From the NCBI GenBank assembly GCA_000708835.1, contig DF237237.1, positions 1-64,000 of the forward strand: 64,000 nucleotides of DNA, given 5' to 3'. The translations under genes were made by a program, and so were the position numbers. Below the pieces are notes generated by a model, which saw only the letters and a list, made by a program, of their open reading frames with translations, did not search any database and was not told the origin of the DNA. This DNA comes from Klebsormidium nitens (Eukaryota > Plantae > Klebsormidiophyceae). Below are positions 22,701-33,473 of the stretch, in pieces. Numbering within the stretch: position 1 is the stretch's first letter; the number at the start of each line of letters is the position of its first letter.

Positions 22701-24553
22701 GCAGACCCCATCGATCTCTGCCCATTCATCACGTCCACTTTTTCCGTTTCTCTTTCTCACTTCAGAAGCCGGCCATGTGCGCTCATTCAGGGCAGCCCAT
22801 GCGGTGGTTTAATACACCTTGGCGGATTGGATCCTCTTAAGTGTAGCTTTTATTCTTCTGGGGGGCTCCAGAAAGAGAAGCACCTTGGTTGACAGCCGTA
22901 TCTTTGCTGCTAATTCGGTTGAGCATTCGGCTCTGTATCTCTTCGGTAATGCCCAGTGGTGTGCCCCATTCGTGAGCGTTGGAGTTTGGAATAACGGATC
23001 GGCAGGGTGAGACTGATAGAGAATTCGGTTGGGCGCCTGGTTTTCCGGGCCTGCCNNNNNNNNNNNNNNNNNNNNNNNNNNNNNNNNNNNNNNNNNNNNN
23101 NNNNNNNNNNNNNNNNNNNNNNNNNNNNNNNNNNNNNNNNNNNNNNNNNNNNNNNNNNNNNNNNNNNNNNNNNNNNNNNNNNNNNNNNNNNNNNNNNNNN
23201 NNNNNNNNNNNNNNNNNNNNNNNNNNNNNNNNNNNNNNNNNNNNNNNNNNNNNNNNNNNNNNNNNNNNNNNNNNNNNNNNNNNNNNNNNNNNNNNNNNNN
23301 NNNNNNNNNNNNNNNNNNNNNNNNNNNNNNNNNNNNNNNNNNNNNNNNNNNNNNNNNNNNNNNNNNNNNNNNNNNNNNNNNNNNNNNNNNNNNNNNNNNN
23401 NNNNNNNNNNNNNNNNNNNNNNNNNNNNNNNNNNNNNNNNNNNNNNNNNNNNNNNNNNNNNNNNNNNNNNNNNNNNNNNNNNNNNNNNNNNNNNNNNNNN
23501 NNNNNNNNNNNNNNNNNNNNNNNNNNNNNNNNNNNNNNNNNNNNNNNNNNNNNNNNNNNNNNNNNNNNNNNNNNNNNNNNNNNNNNNNNNNNNNNNNNNN
23601 NNNNNNNNNNNNNNNNNNNNNNNNNNNNNNNNNNNNNNNNNNNNNNNNNNNNNNNNNNNNNNNNNNNNNNNNNNNNNNNNNNNNNNNNNNNNNNNNNNNN
23701 NNNNNNNNNNNNNNNNNNNNNNNNNNNNNNNNNNNNNNNNNNNNNNNNNNNNNNNNNNNNNNNNNNNNNNNNNNNNNNNNNNNNNNNNNNNNNNNNNNNN
23801 NNNNNNNNNNNNNNNNNNNNNNNNNNNNNNNNNNNNNNNNNNNNGGGATCCAAGCAGTCGAATCCCAAGTCTACTGCTAACGGAAGCCGCGCAAGTTGTT
23901 GGCTGCGGTCTACCCTTATTCTCACGTGCTTTTACTACGGTCCAGCTTCAAGCGGTTGCAACGAAAGCTGGGTGGTGTGCGTCAAGATTTTGTTCGTTGC
24001 CTGGACTCTGTACATCATTGCTTGCGCAGGAACGGTCGGACCTGTATCTGTCTAGTGGTCGTGCATATTCTCAAGCAGAAGCGTTGGGGCCGGACTCTAC
24101 GCCGTCGTCAGAATGATCGAGATAATGATTGCCGGAGTTGAGTTAGAAAACAGAATTCATCCCGGCTCCTCTACAGGAGCCCTACTTGCAGGTTGGTTGT
24201 AACTGCGAAACTCTGCAGACATGTTCTGGCCCCTTACCGCTTCCTGTCCTTGATGTGAGGTTGACAAGAGCGTTTGCCGTGGTGCAGTTCCTCTCTCTGT
24301 GGCGGCCTTCACCCTGCCGCTGCCGCTGCTGGGCACCCCGTGCGCCCTGCCCCCCAGCTTTGTGAGTGGCACCTTCATCCTGTTGGCCGGCCTCATCATG
24401 TACGTGCTCTCGGGGAAGCAACAGCCCACGCAGGTGCCCCGCCCCACGCTCTCCCTCCAGCCCCACTTCGAGCGTGCAGTGGCCACGTCCACTCGCCAAG
24501 GCCTCACTCCCCGCGTGCGGGTTCTCTCAAAAAGGTGGGCTCACGGCCCCTAG
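19729..24553 (+). CDS. CLT: CRT-like (chloroquine-resistance-transporter-like) plastid thiol transporter
   Basis: Long Ser/Arg/Ala-rich N-terminal extension (transit-peptide-like), then LAVLNKILFKMA..PFVLANICTFG, PKTKFVCIGALEAAG, GYVPGTILPILSQ, WQLVLSAIFLRRRYSLGQLVG, VKERLFQEA..LDLFVVNLLGSAFQ, GAPLLPLVYITTNLAFNV and VPLSVAAFTLPLPLLG. One intron contains the N-gap 23056-23844. Confidence 0.92.
23056..23844. other. Assembly gap (N run)
   Basis: Run of N; smaller gaps at 27663-27682, 49030-49049 and 56152-56261. Confidence 1.
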
Positions 24554-25640
24554 CATGCGGAGCACCGAGTCGTTCCGATGTGATGGGTCCATAAACCTGA
24601 GATGTCGACGAAAATAATGGTGATAACACGGGCCTTTTGTAACAACCAGGACCAGGAGTATCAGCTCGTTCGGAAGGCGGTTTGCTGTCTAGGCCTAGTG
24701 TCCCTGAAGTAACAGAAAGGAACCAGATGTCATACACATAGACTGAATACATAGAAGCTCAGAATAACTTGCACGCTGTACATTGCTAGCAAACTTCCGT
24801 ACGTTTTGAATACAATCGCTTCAGAAAACACATCCCTCTCACCTTTGGTCATTGCTTGCCATTGGGTTTGGTCGTGTTCCAGTGCCCAAAAGAGACATTA
24901 CGTCGTTGGGTTTTTAAAATAGCCTACACTTGAACGTCAATTTGTGCGGTGTGGTGTGGTGAATGTCGAATGTGCTCAAAGCGGGCCCGCCTTGTTTAGA
25001 ATAGGCATCAATGCTCTGCAAATGTCATCAATGTGGTTCGAGCAGCACTGAGAATGACGACTCCCGAGTCCTGAATGCTCAAAGCTTCTGTGGCTTGAAG
25101 GCTTCAAGCCACAACTGCAAATTCTGTAATCCGGCCGATGAAGAAGCAGACCGTCTCTACTTTGGCAAGGCTATATCTCTTATATCGAATGTCTTGGTGA
25201 TCAATGTTGGTGTCTGTCATGTCATGTAAAAGTGTGGATTGAGTTTTCCCGCCGGTCCGCATATGAAGGCCGAGCAAGACAGGGTGAGGATCGAAGCATG
25301 CACGTGCGGTGCGCTAGAGTACTAGGTTGACTTATGTCTAGAGAACACAATATTCGTAGCAGGCTAGGCGCTTACGACGTTTTGCTTGCTCCTCTTCGAT
25401 TGTGCAAAACGTGTTCTCTTCTGCCTGGCATGCTCGCATGCTGCACGGTGGTTTGCGGTCAATGCGGAGTGCGTGGCTGGCCCACATAATGTGCCATGCA
25501 AGCGCGAAACAGATTTCAAGAATTGTCGATGGACGTAGGCCGGTCATGATCATTGGGCTATATACAAGTCGCCTTGAGTGTATATGTACGCACAGTATAC
25601 TAATTTAAGCTTCTCATGCAATGCTGCTGGTAGACTTGTC

Positions 25641-25723
25641 TCGAACATGCATGCAATAATATACTATTATATACTATATACTATCTATACTATATACTAT
25701 TATATTGTACTCACATGCATTCG
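25641..25723. repeat. TATACTA-type microsatellite flanked by imperfect inverted repeats
   Basis: tcgaacatgcatgcaataatata (tatacta)n tattatattg..catgcattcga. Confidence 0.55.
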
Positions 25724-26031
25724 AGCATGCATGAGTCACTAGCGGGGTAACATTGCGGATCATACCGAACCGTCGTGGTTCAGGCCGGCCGCCCCGGATC
25801 CACCGATGATGTTCTCCTTCAAATGTTTAACACCCATCTATGAGCACAAATGCGCTCCTCTTCTTTCCAGAAAGGAGACGGTTCACTAAACGATCTGCCG
25901 AATCTACGCCACTGATGTGAATTCTTGCAACCAAAGAGCTCTTTTTGCAGACTTTGAGCCTGAAGTGATCCAGAATCTTGAGGTAACTCTATGTACACTG
26001 GCAACGGTGGACGACCTGTCAACATCGTCCA

Positions 26032-27134
26032 CTAGCTTGATTTCGGCAATGAATTCATGAAGGCAGTATATGAGCTTTCTAAATCGAACAAAAGTTGTCG
26101 GGCTTGGCCCTCATTGAGCTCGTCACTAGCACTCATTTTGGCTAGCCGGGATATCCAATCTTTACCCTTGACCTTTCCTTCGAAATCAGGTGGCAGCTGC
26201 GGGACACGGTTCATGCTGGAAACAAGGTCGCTGAGCAGCGGGTACACCTGGAAGAAAACAAACTGGAAAGTGTTGGGTTGCGAAAGGACCACTCTCAAGA
26301 AAGGACAACACAAGCAGGCCAAACAAGGACCCTGACCCAGTTGGCAGGTCTTCCCGCTGCTCTCATGAGGCTGTGCCGCCGACAGGGAGCCTGCGCGGGG
26401 AGCGCCCGGGGGGAGCGCCTGCCCCGTTGGTCTTTGCGGGCCATGTGCACCGACCTGGTCCACTGCCACCATGCTCAGCTTGAGGCTGTCCATTGCCGTG
26501 ATGAAGTGCTGCACCGTCTCCGCGACGGCCATGGCGCTGCTGGGGCCCTCGCCAGGAACAGGCCGCCCATGCTCCACAGTGGCAGGGAGCCCCGACTGCA
26601 GCAGCCGGTTCACGGCAGCGGGGCACTCCAGCTTGTAGGCTGCAAGGGAGGGGCCACAACAGCATCAGGCAAGGAGGGGCAATCTCACAGCGTACAACTC
26701 AATCCTCTGAGAGGAGCCACAGCTGAGAGTTGCGTGCCCGTTTAAGTTGACACGGGGCCACTTGCTCCCTCTGACTCTGACCAGCGGCTGTACTAGCTGC
26801 CCCAGAGATGCGAGCACCACTCGCTATGCACAGCAGCCAGCCCACTCCACAACCAGGCCTTCTCTTCCGACGTACGTGCACCGCGTAGCCGCCCCTCACC
26901 TGACATGAACCTCTCCACATCTGGCACGGAGTCCTTCAATGTCGTCCGCAACGTCCGGAACTGCGCAATCAGCTTCAAACAGGCTGGCTCGTATTCCTTG
27001 GCGCTGATGACGTCCCGGACATAAGCTTTCTCTAGCTTCTCTGTTGTTTTGATGATGGCATAGAGATCTGCAAAGTTTTCGTACATCTCCCGTTCCGCTT
27101 TGTCGTTCCATAGCTTCAACTCGGTCCCTGTCAT
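26032..27134 (-). CDS. VPS28: ESCRT-I subunit VPS28 (3 exons)
   Basis: ELKLWNDKAEREMYENFADLYAIIKTTEKLEKAYVRD..LIAQF; VAETVQHFITAMDSLKL..AVDQ|VYPLLSDL; RQLLFDLESSYTAF. Confidence 0.97.
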
Positions 27135-28407
27135 GCTGGTTCTCGTGCTCAGGACCCAAACTCTTCAACACACTGCCCTAAAGCTTAGCTAGAGGCAGCG
27201 CTGGGGGGACATGGGGCGTCCTCAACTCCTGGACCATCTGATTCTCAGACTCTGCTGTTGACGATTTGCCATGCAGGCCAAGTTCAAGCCTTCAAGGTTT
27301 CGGGGTCTAGCCAGGCATTCCCTCCTGAACCGGCTGCATCCAGCCGCGGCCGGGCCAGGCCCGCGGCTGGAACGGACGCCGCGGGGCGGCGCGCTGCGGG
27401 GGGCCGCGCAAGCATTTGGCAAATTCTTGAATTGCAGGCCAGCCACCCACTAATATGTGCGTCAAATTGGGAAGGGCCTAGCCGCACACATTGTGGCTTA
27501 TGGCAGAATAGTCTGCACGGTTCTCTGTCACGATGCCCCTTTCGATGGGGCTCAAAGTTTCCATGTCCCGGGAACGAAGTCAGCCAGTTGCAGCCAGCTT
27601 GGTTCTTAACTTATACGCGGCTCAAACACATATACCGTACTACCGTACTACCAAGGTATGATNNNNNNNNNNNNNNNNNNNNTATAGAGAGGCCACGTCT
27701 CCCAGGCCCAGGGCCGGCCTGATTCTCATCAATGGCATGCAATCATGGTCCTTGCCAATGCCAATCCGCAGCCAATGGTAGTCCTGGCTGGTCCGTAGAA
27801 CCATTGCAGGCGACAGACTGCCCATGATCGCAAGGCTTCATCCGCAATCTGGTGCTGCACTCGGGTGCATGGTCAGTAGGCAGTCGTCTTGCCTTGGGAC
27901 AAGTTGACTTTAGATGACAGTGGCCGCCAAAGGACCGACTGGGGGGTGGAGTGCAGAGGTACAGCGCGTGACAGATTACCACGCAGTGGGTTTAAAGATC
28001 TTATCTAACAAGTAGAGAGCGGAGAGGTGAGCGCTAGCATTTAGGAATTTTGACCCGTTTGTAGACACCCAAGCACCGTAAGAGTCAAGCTGAACAAAGT
28101 TTTGTGATTGGGTTCCATATGTCACGTTAGACAGTGACCGTCGTGAGAGCAGACCAGCTAGGAAGGTTGATCAAGACTTGAACATGGGCAATGCATCTTA
28201 TGTGGCAGCTCATGCGACCGGGGCAGGCCAGCATTGCAGCAGGCAGTGCACCCACTCCCTGACTTGCTGGTGCACCTCATCGGCGACATCAGCGGTGTAG
28301 TCCCAGCCCCTGTGACTCCGAAGCTAGCGTCGGTGTTGGCGAGCTGCCAGGCTGCAGTGTCCCCCCCTGGGCTGCGCGCTGATAGTGTGCCTGGATGCAT
28401 TCTGCAG

Positions 28408-29652
28408 GTCTCGTTGCTGGCATGGCTCAGTCCGATGCCCAAGACCCCAACTTTCCGTACGTGCACTTGTGGGTGAGGGTCAAGAAGCCAGCTCCAGCAA
28501 CTTTTCCTATAAGTTACAGAAGGAAAGGTTCTGTTGGTTGACATGTTCAGCTGGATTGACAAAAGTCCCTCATTGATGCACCTTGTGGAGCCAAGGCGGG
28601 CCAAAGTCAGATTCTGAAGAAAGAATGACAAACTTGTAAAGGTTTCTGTTTCGAGAGAAGGCGCTGTTTGTTAGTCTCACCAATCGGTTTTTGTTAGCGG
28701 TGGGCTTTCAATATGAAAGCCCACCGCTATGTTGACGATGTTAGTGGTCTATACGAAAGGAGACAAAAACAGGCATGCTGCAGGTGCGTACTACTAAACG
28801 GGCCCCTCTCGATAATGCAAGGTGTCTGCGGATGGTGAGACGCACCTGCAGGAGTGCACATTCCAGAACTTCGAGAAGAAGACATATGCTGCGGGCACCG
28901 ACCCCCAGTTCACGCTGACTGCGCCTTCCCCCACCAAGGTGGTGCTCACCGAGCTGGTGCCGCACACGCAGCAGGAGTGGCACGCAGCCCCCGCGGTGCA
29001 GATGGTCACGTGCACCGCCGGCAGCTGGTGAGTGGTGCGCACCGCCCCCGGCGCAAGCCCCACCACAAGCTGCACAACCGATGGAGGTGGGGCACGAACT
29101 TTAGACATCAAGGTGTCGATCCTGGCGGGTGGCTCCGTCTCTGTGATGCAGGAAGAAGCAGGCCGCCTACACTTTCTTTCCAGATCATGCGGAGTCGACT
29201 TCATGCAGAGTCGACTCAAGACATATTCGCTCATGTGTCGCACTTGTTGATATTGGTCAACGAGCGAAAGCGGGAAGACAACGTAGAACGTGTTGTAATA
29301 TTTCTGAAAACGATCATATATACGTCAGAAAGGCATGCACGGCATGAAAGTCCAATTGCCTGAAGGAACTCCAAGACAGATGAGTGATGCTGCCTTTGCA
29401 AAACGAGCCCGGATTTATTGTACAGCTTAGTTGACTTCCATTACGGTTGCCAACCACAGGTATGTGAAAACAAGTGACGGGACACGGCGGGAGTTCAAAG
29501 TGGGCGATATACTTTTCCAGGACAACACTAAGGAATCCCCGGCTGCAAAGGAGCCCCACCATTTCTCGGGGACTGTGGGAGAGGGGCCTTGCCAGCAAGT
29601 TATCGTACAAATGTCAAGAACGCCAGAGGTAGACAATCCAGGGCCTCTTTAG
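28408..29652 (+). CDS. Small cupin-domain protein of bacterial type (at least 3 exons; first exon not located)
   Basis: Exons 28408-28472, 28822-29027 and 29460-29652 join in phase: PNFPYVHLW|VSADGETHLQEC..QEWHAAPAVQMVTCTAGSW|YVKTSDGTRREFKVGDILFQDNT..HHFSGTVG. This matches the HxAPxxQ and xxDGxxRxFxxGD pattern of bacterial small cupins. Confidence 0.8.
28695..28729. repeat. Perfect 16-bp inverted repeat with a 3-nt loop, TA at both ends (intronic)
   Basis: tagcggtgggctttca-ata-tgaaagcccaccgcta. Confidence 0.9.
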
Positions 29653-31149
29653 CATACAGTGTGGCAATAGGGCCTCAAGAAGCTGGCCTTTCACACTCTG
29701 CCATTGTTGAGTTCGATGGAAATGCCAGTTCGCATGCCAGGTGTCCTTTTCAACAGAAAGCTCGAAAAGCTTGGTCAAATTTTGAGCATTTGGGATCTTC
29801 AAGGCCTGAGTTAGCCGGATTAAGCTGGCAACACAAGCTCCCATAATCTGGCAGTCTGCAAGAAGGTGTATCTTATACTTGCATTATATGTGAAATATCG
29901 ACCATATCCAATTGTCCGCAGGATGTACCGTAGTCCAAGGTGACGGTTCCGAAAATCTGTATCTTAATGATGGTGTTCAACAACTTGACTGCAAAAGCGG
30001 AAATTTCGGATGCCTGTAGATTAAATCCATGCATCTGTTCGTAATAATCAATATTCTTTGATGGGCCAGAGCTTGGGGAGCATGTCTACAGCTTTACCAT
30101 CAATAGCACATTGATGTGAAAATGCGCACTGGCTTGCAATACGTGACCACCTGGCATATGGCATGTGCAGATCTCGAATGCAGGCATGACGATCGCGCGT
30201 CCGCTCGAATGCAATTCATGCATGGGCGGCCTCAATATCTCCGAGCTGGCTGTTATATGACCGCGTATATATATATCCGGTACCATAAGCTAGTTCCTGA
30301 ATGCATGCATATGGCGATTGGATGAGCCCATCATTATCCTGGCCCGCGCGCGGCCTACTAAGCGCGCCAACCCCATGTCTGCAGACGGCTGATCATATAT
30401 TAGCATATATATTCCTGCCCCCAATGACCCGGCTCAGTTCATATCACATACATCACATGAGTAATATACGTCGACGCCGCTCATGCATATGGATTGCTAG
30501 CTGAACGCGCGGATATATACATACCGTAGCTAGACGACTGTGTCATGGTGCCCTAGAGCCCGGCAACATGTACAAACATGCATGAGCGTGACACCGCGAA
30601 GTACTTCAGATGAAGCAAGCCGAGCAACAGCTTTACAGGCTAGCTGATTGTGCGGCCAGATTGACGATGAGTCTTTCACCACACATGTGACAATCCATGC
30701 ATGTCGGAAGCCACACGAACACTCCTAAAAGCCTCTGCACTGACCTAGTTGTTAGCTAATTTCAATTCAGCTCGATTTGCATGTCGCTGGTGTCAAACTT
30801 GTGCTCCGCTTTTCAAATCATGCTCATCATTTCCGCCAGCTCAGCAGCCTCAGTGAGCTGCCAGTCCAGCAGCCTCAACGAGCTGCCGGTTTAAGCGACC
30901 TACTGGACTTTTTGGGGGATCCGACATCTACTAATCTACAATATACATCGAGCATTTATCCTATCAACCACAATACAAGTACGATTCTCTCAAACTACGA
31001 TAAGTTCCTTCGACATTAAGAAGTTGAGGTTCTCCAACAACTAAGGATTGTTGTAACCGCGACGAATGGGGCCAGCCTTGATGTTCCAAATACTTGGCGC
31101 CTTAGGCTCCATCATGGGGGCTCTTCTACCTTGTCGTCTCTGGCTCTTC

Positions 31150-32696
31150 TCATCGAAATGTCGGGCCGACTTCCCCCCAGCGCACCACGATGCGCTCGAT
31201 GGCATCCAGCGAGAGGCGGTGCTCCACCTGCATGCACGCAGCCCTCAATTGTGTTAGTGTTGCGGGGGCGACTTCTTTACACATTTTTACCTCACACATG
31301 GCGCACTAGGGCAGCGAAGGCAAGTTCACAGAGAATTACCATTTCGCATTAGCTGATCCATAGATACTCACGGAGCAACATCAACCTTTGACATAAGTGA
31401 ATTGTGGCCCTGACCCAAATCCGTACGACCACCCTAAAACCAGAGTCTCTCTTCGCTGCATACCGATTCTGAATCTGGTGTCGCTTCCTCCGCCCTTATC
31501 GTTCTCACTCGTTGCACGGCGATGCAACCAACAGGCCCCGCACACCCCCCGCACTCAGAGACAGGCCAGCAGCGGCTGGGCAGTGCATGGTCACCTCAGG
31601 CAGGCCCGGTAGAAGAGTGCCTTACCAGCTCCTTGTGGGCAGACCGGAAACGGCTGCAGAACTTGTTGGCATCCTCTTTAGGTAACTGCAAGCACAGGAA
31701 GCCGTTGCTATTCGTTGGCAGCCGGGCGCTTGCAAAATTACCAGCACACTGGTCGCCCTGATTGAAAGCTTCACAATTAGAGGCATGAGATTGTTGGTAA
31801 TATGGGGGCTGTCAATGTCATTTTCAGGTTCCCGAAACCTCAGGCCACCAGGCGGACCATGTGCAAGTGCGACAGTCACATGGGCTCACCTGCTGGGCCA
31901 CCACCTCCTCCAAGCGCTCCCAGAACGACCGAGCTGGACAAGGGCAGCCATAGTCTGAGGTCAACCACCAGCAACAAGGCGGGCCACCTCTCTTGCATTC
32001 AGAATTGTGTTGCTTGGCAATGCCCAGTCCCCTCCTTTCGCAGTTTGAATGACTGCAAGGCCGTTCTGCTTGAGCCGAGAGTTAATGTGTTGAGATGGCC
32101 ATCCACAAGTCCTGTGACAGCATGCTGATGGGGCTTTCCCCTTTTACCAGCCACGGCCGGCCCTTCTACAGCAGGGCTACTTTCGCTGCCGAGGCAGCAC
32201 TGGGCTCACCCTGCGGTCTGGATGCCGTGCCCACAGGCGCTACCCTCGCGCGCGTCTGTGCGCTGCCCGTCACCTTCTCAGCCAACTCCCCAGCCGCAGC
32301 CGACAGAGCTTTCCTCTCCGAGTGGCGCTCACTATCCTCCAATAGTTGGTGTTGTACTTTCCCGGAAACACAGGAGCTGGGCGCCTCCGTGGTGGCTGCC
32401 AGCATTGTGTCAGGGGCCTGCCAGAGCGGAAGCTGCGCTGATTAGCAGAACATCAAAGGGGCAGAGCAGGACAGAGTGGCAGAACGCCTGATGCAGCGAA
32501 GTGCCAGGAAACAACGCAGCGCTTTGGCAGCATCTGCAGCATCCGTACAAGCATGACACCATATGGCAGCCAACTACAGAGGACGTGACAACAACTGCAA
32601 TGCATGACAGCCCCCATGATGTGACCCAACCTTGTAGTCCTTATCCCGGACTCTTGGAAACTTCTTCAGCGCTTCTTGAAACTCCTCCCTCTCCAT
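31150..32696 (-). CDS. ~160-aa protein (5 exons) with Get5/UBL4A-like termini and no ubiquitin-like domain
   Basis: Phase-consistent model: MEREEFQEALKKFPRVRDKDYK|APDTML..ASRPQ|DYGCPCPARSFWERLEEEVVAQQ|LPKEDANKFCSRFRSAHKEL|VEHRLSLDAIERIVVRWGEVGPTFR*. The gene model is well supported; the family assignment is by remembered similarity. Confidence 0.75.
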
Positions 32697-33473
32697 GTTG
32701 TGGTTCTGGCCACAGACTCCGTTCAGAAGCTTTGGGTATAGCGATCGGCCTTTGCCCCTGGCAGTGGTAGGTTGACATCAGCACCCTTCCTTCCGGTTCG
32801 CCTGCAGGACTGCATAGGCAGCCGGATCAGCCTTCACACTGCACAGGAGGCAGGAGGCAGGAGGCGCGCCGCGCAACCCCCCTGGGCCCTGGGCCCCTTC
32901 ACTGTTCAACAGGGATGTTTCAAGCTCAGGTTGAGTTGAACCACCAGCTGGGCTGGGTTTTAAAATGGGTTCCGTAAAGCCCGGCCGGTCAATAAAACTG
33001 TCGATGGGAATGACATTTTGAAGAAACGGTACACTGACGGGTTTAGTCTGGTAAAGCCGCAAACAATACCGGCTCTCTGTCCTACGGTAGACGTTTCTTG
33101 CAGTACAGCCTGTGTCGGTTACTGGTAACTACAAATAGACCTGACCGTTCTTGCCGATCCATACAATGTACGATCAAGGCCGGTCAGCATGATGACAGTC
33201 ACACAGGTGACAGACCTCAGAGTCAGATCGAGTCAGAGATCAAGAAAGAGCTTGCATTGAAGCTGGCCAGCTGATCAAGGAGTCACAACTTGAAGGACCT
33301 ATCATTTCTTTGTAATTTGTACTCGGACTCCTGCGCGTATCTTCTTACGCACTGTTCCGGAACAGGATTGATAGCCACCGAAACGTTGTAAAGACTTGCT
33401 TTGTGCACAGCGGGGGCATACTGGTGCCATGCCTGGGGTGGCCAGCTTTTCCGGGCGGGGGGGCCATGGCCCA

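Noticed and set aside
22800-24200. Long ORFs spanning the N-gap, and a possible retroelement in the CLT intron
   Set aside because: ORF length is an artefact of N translation; the flanks show no RT, integrase or LTR signatures.
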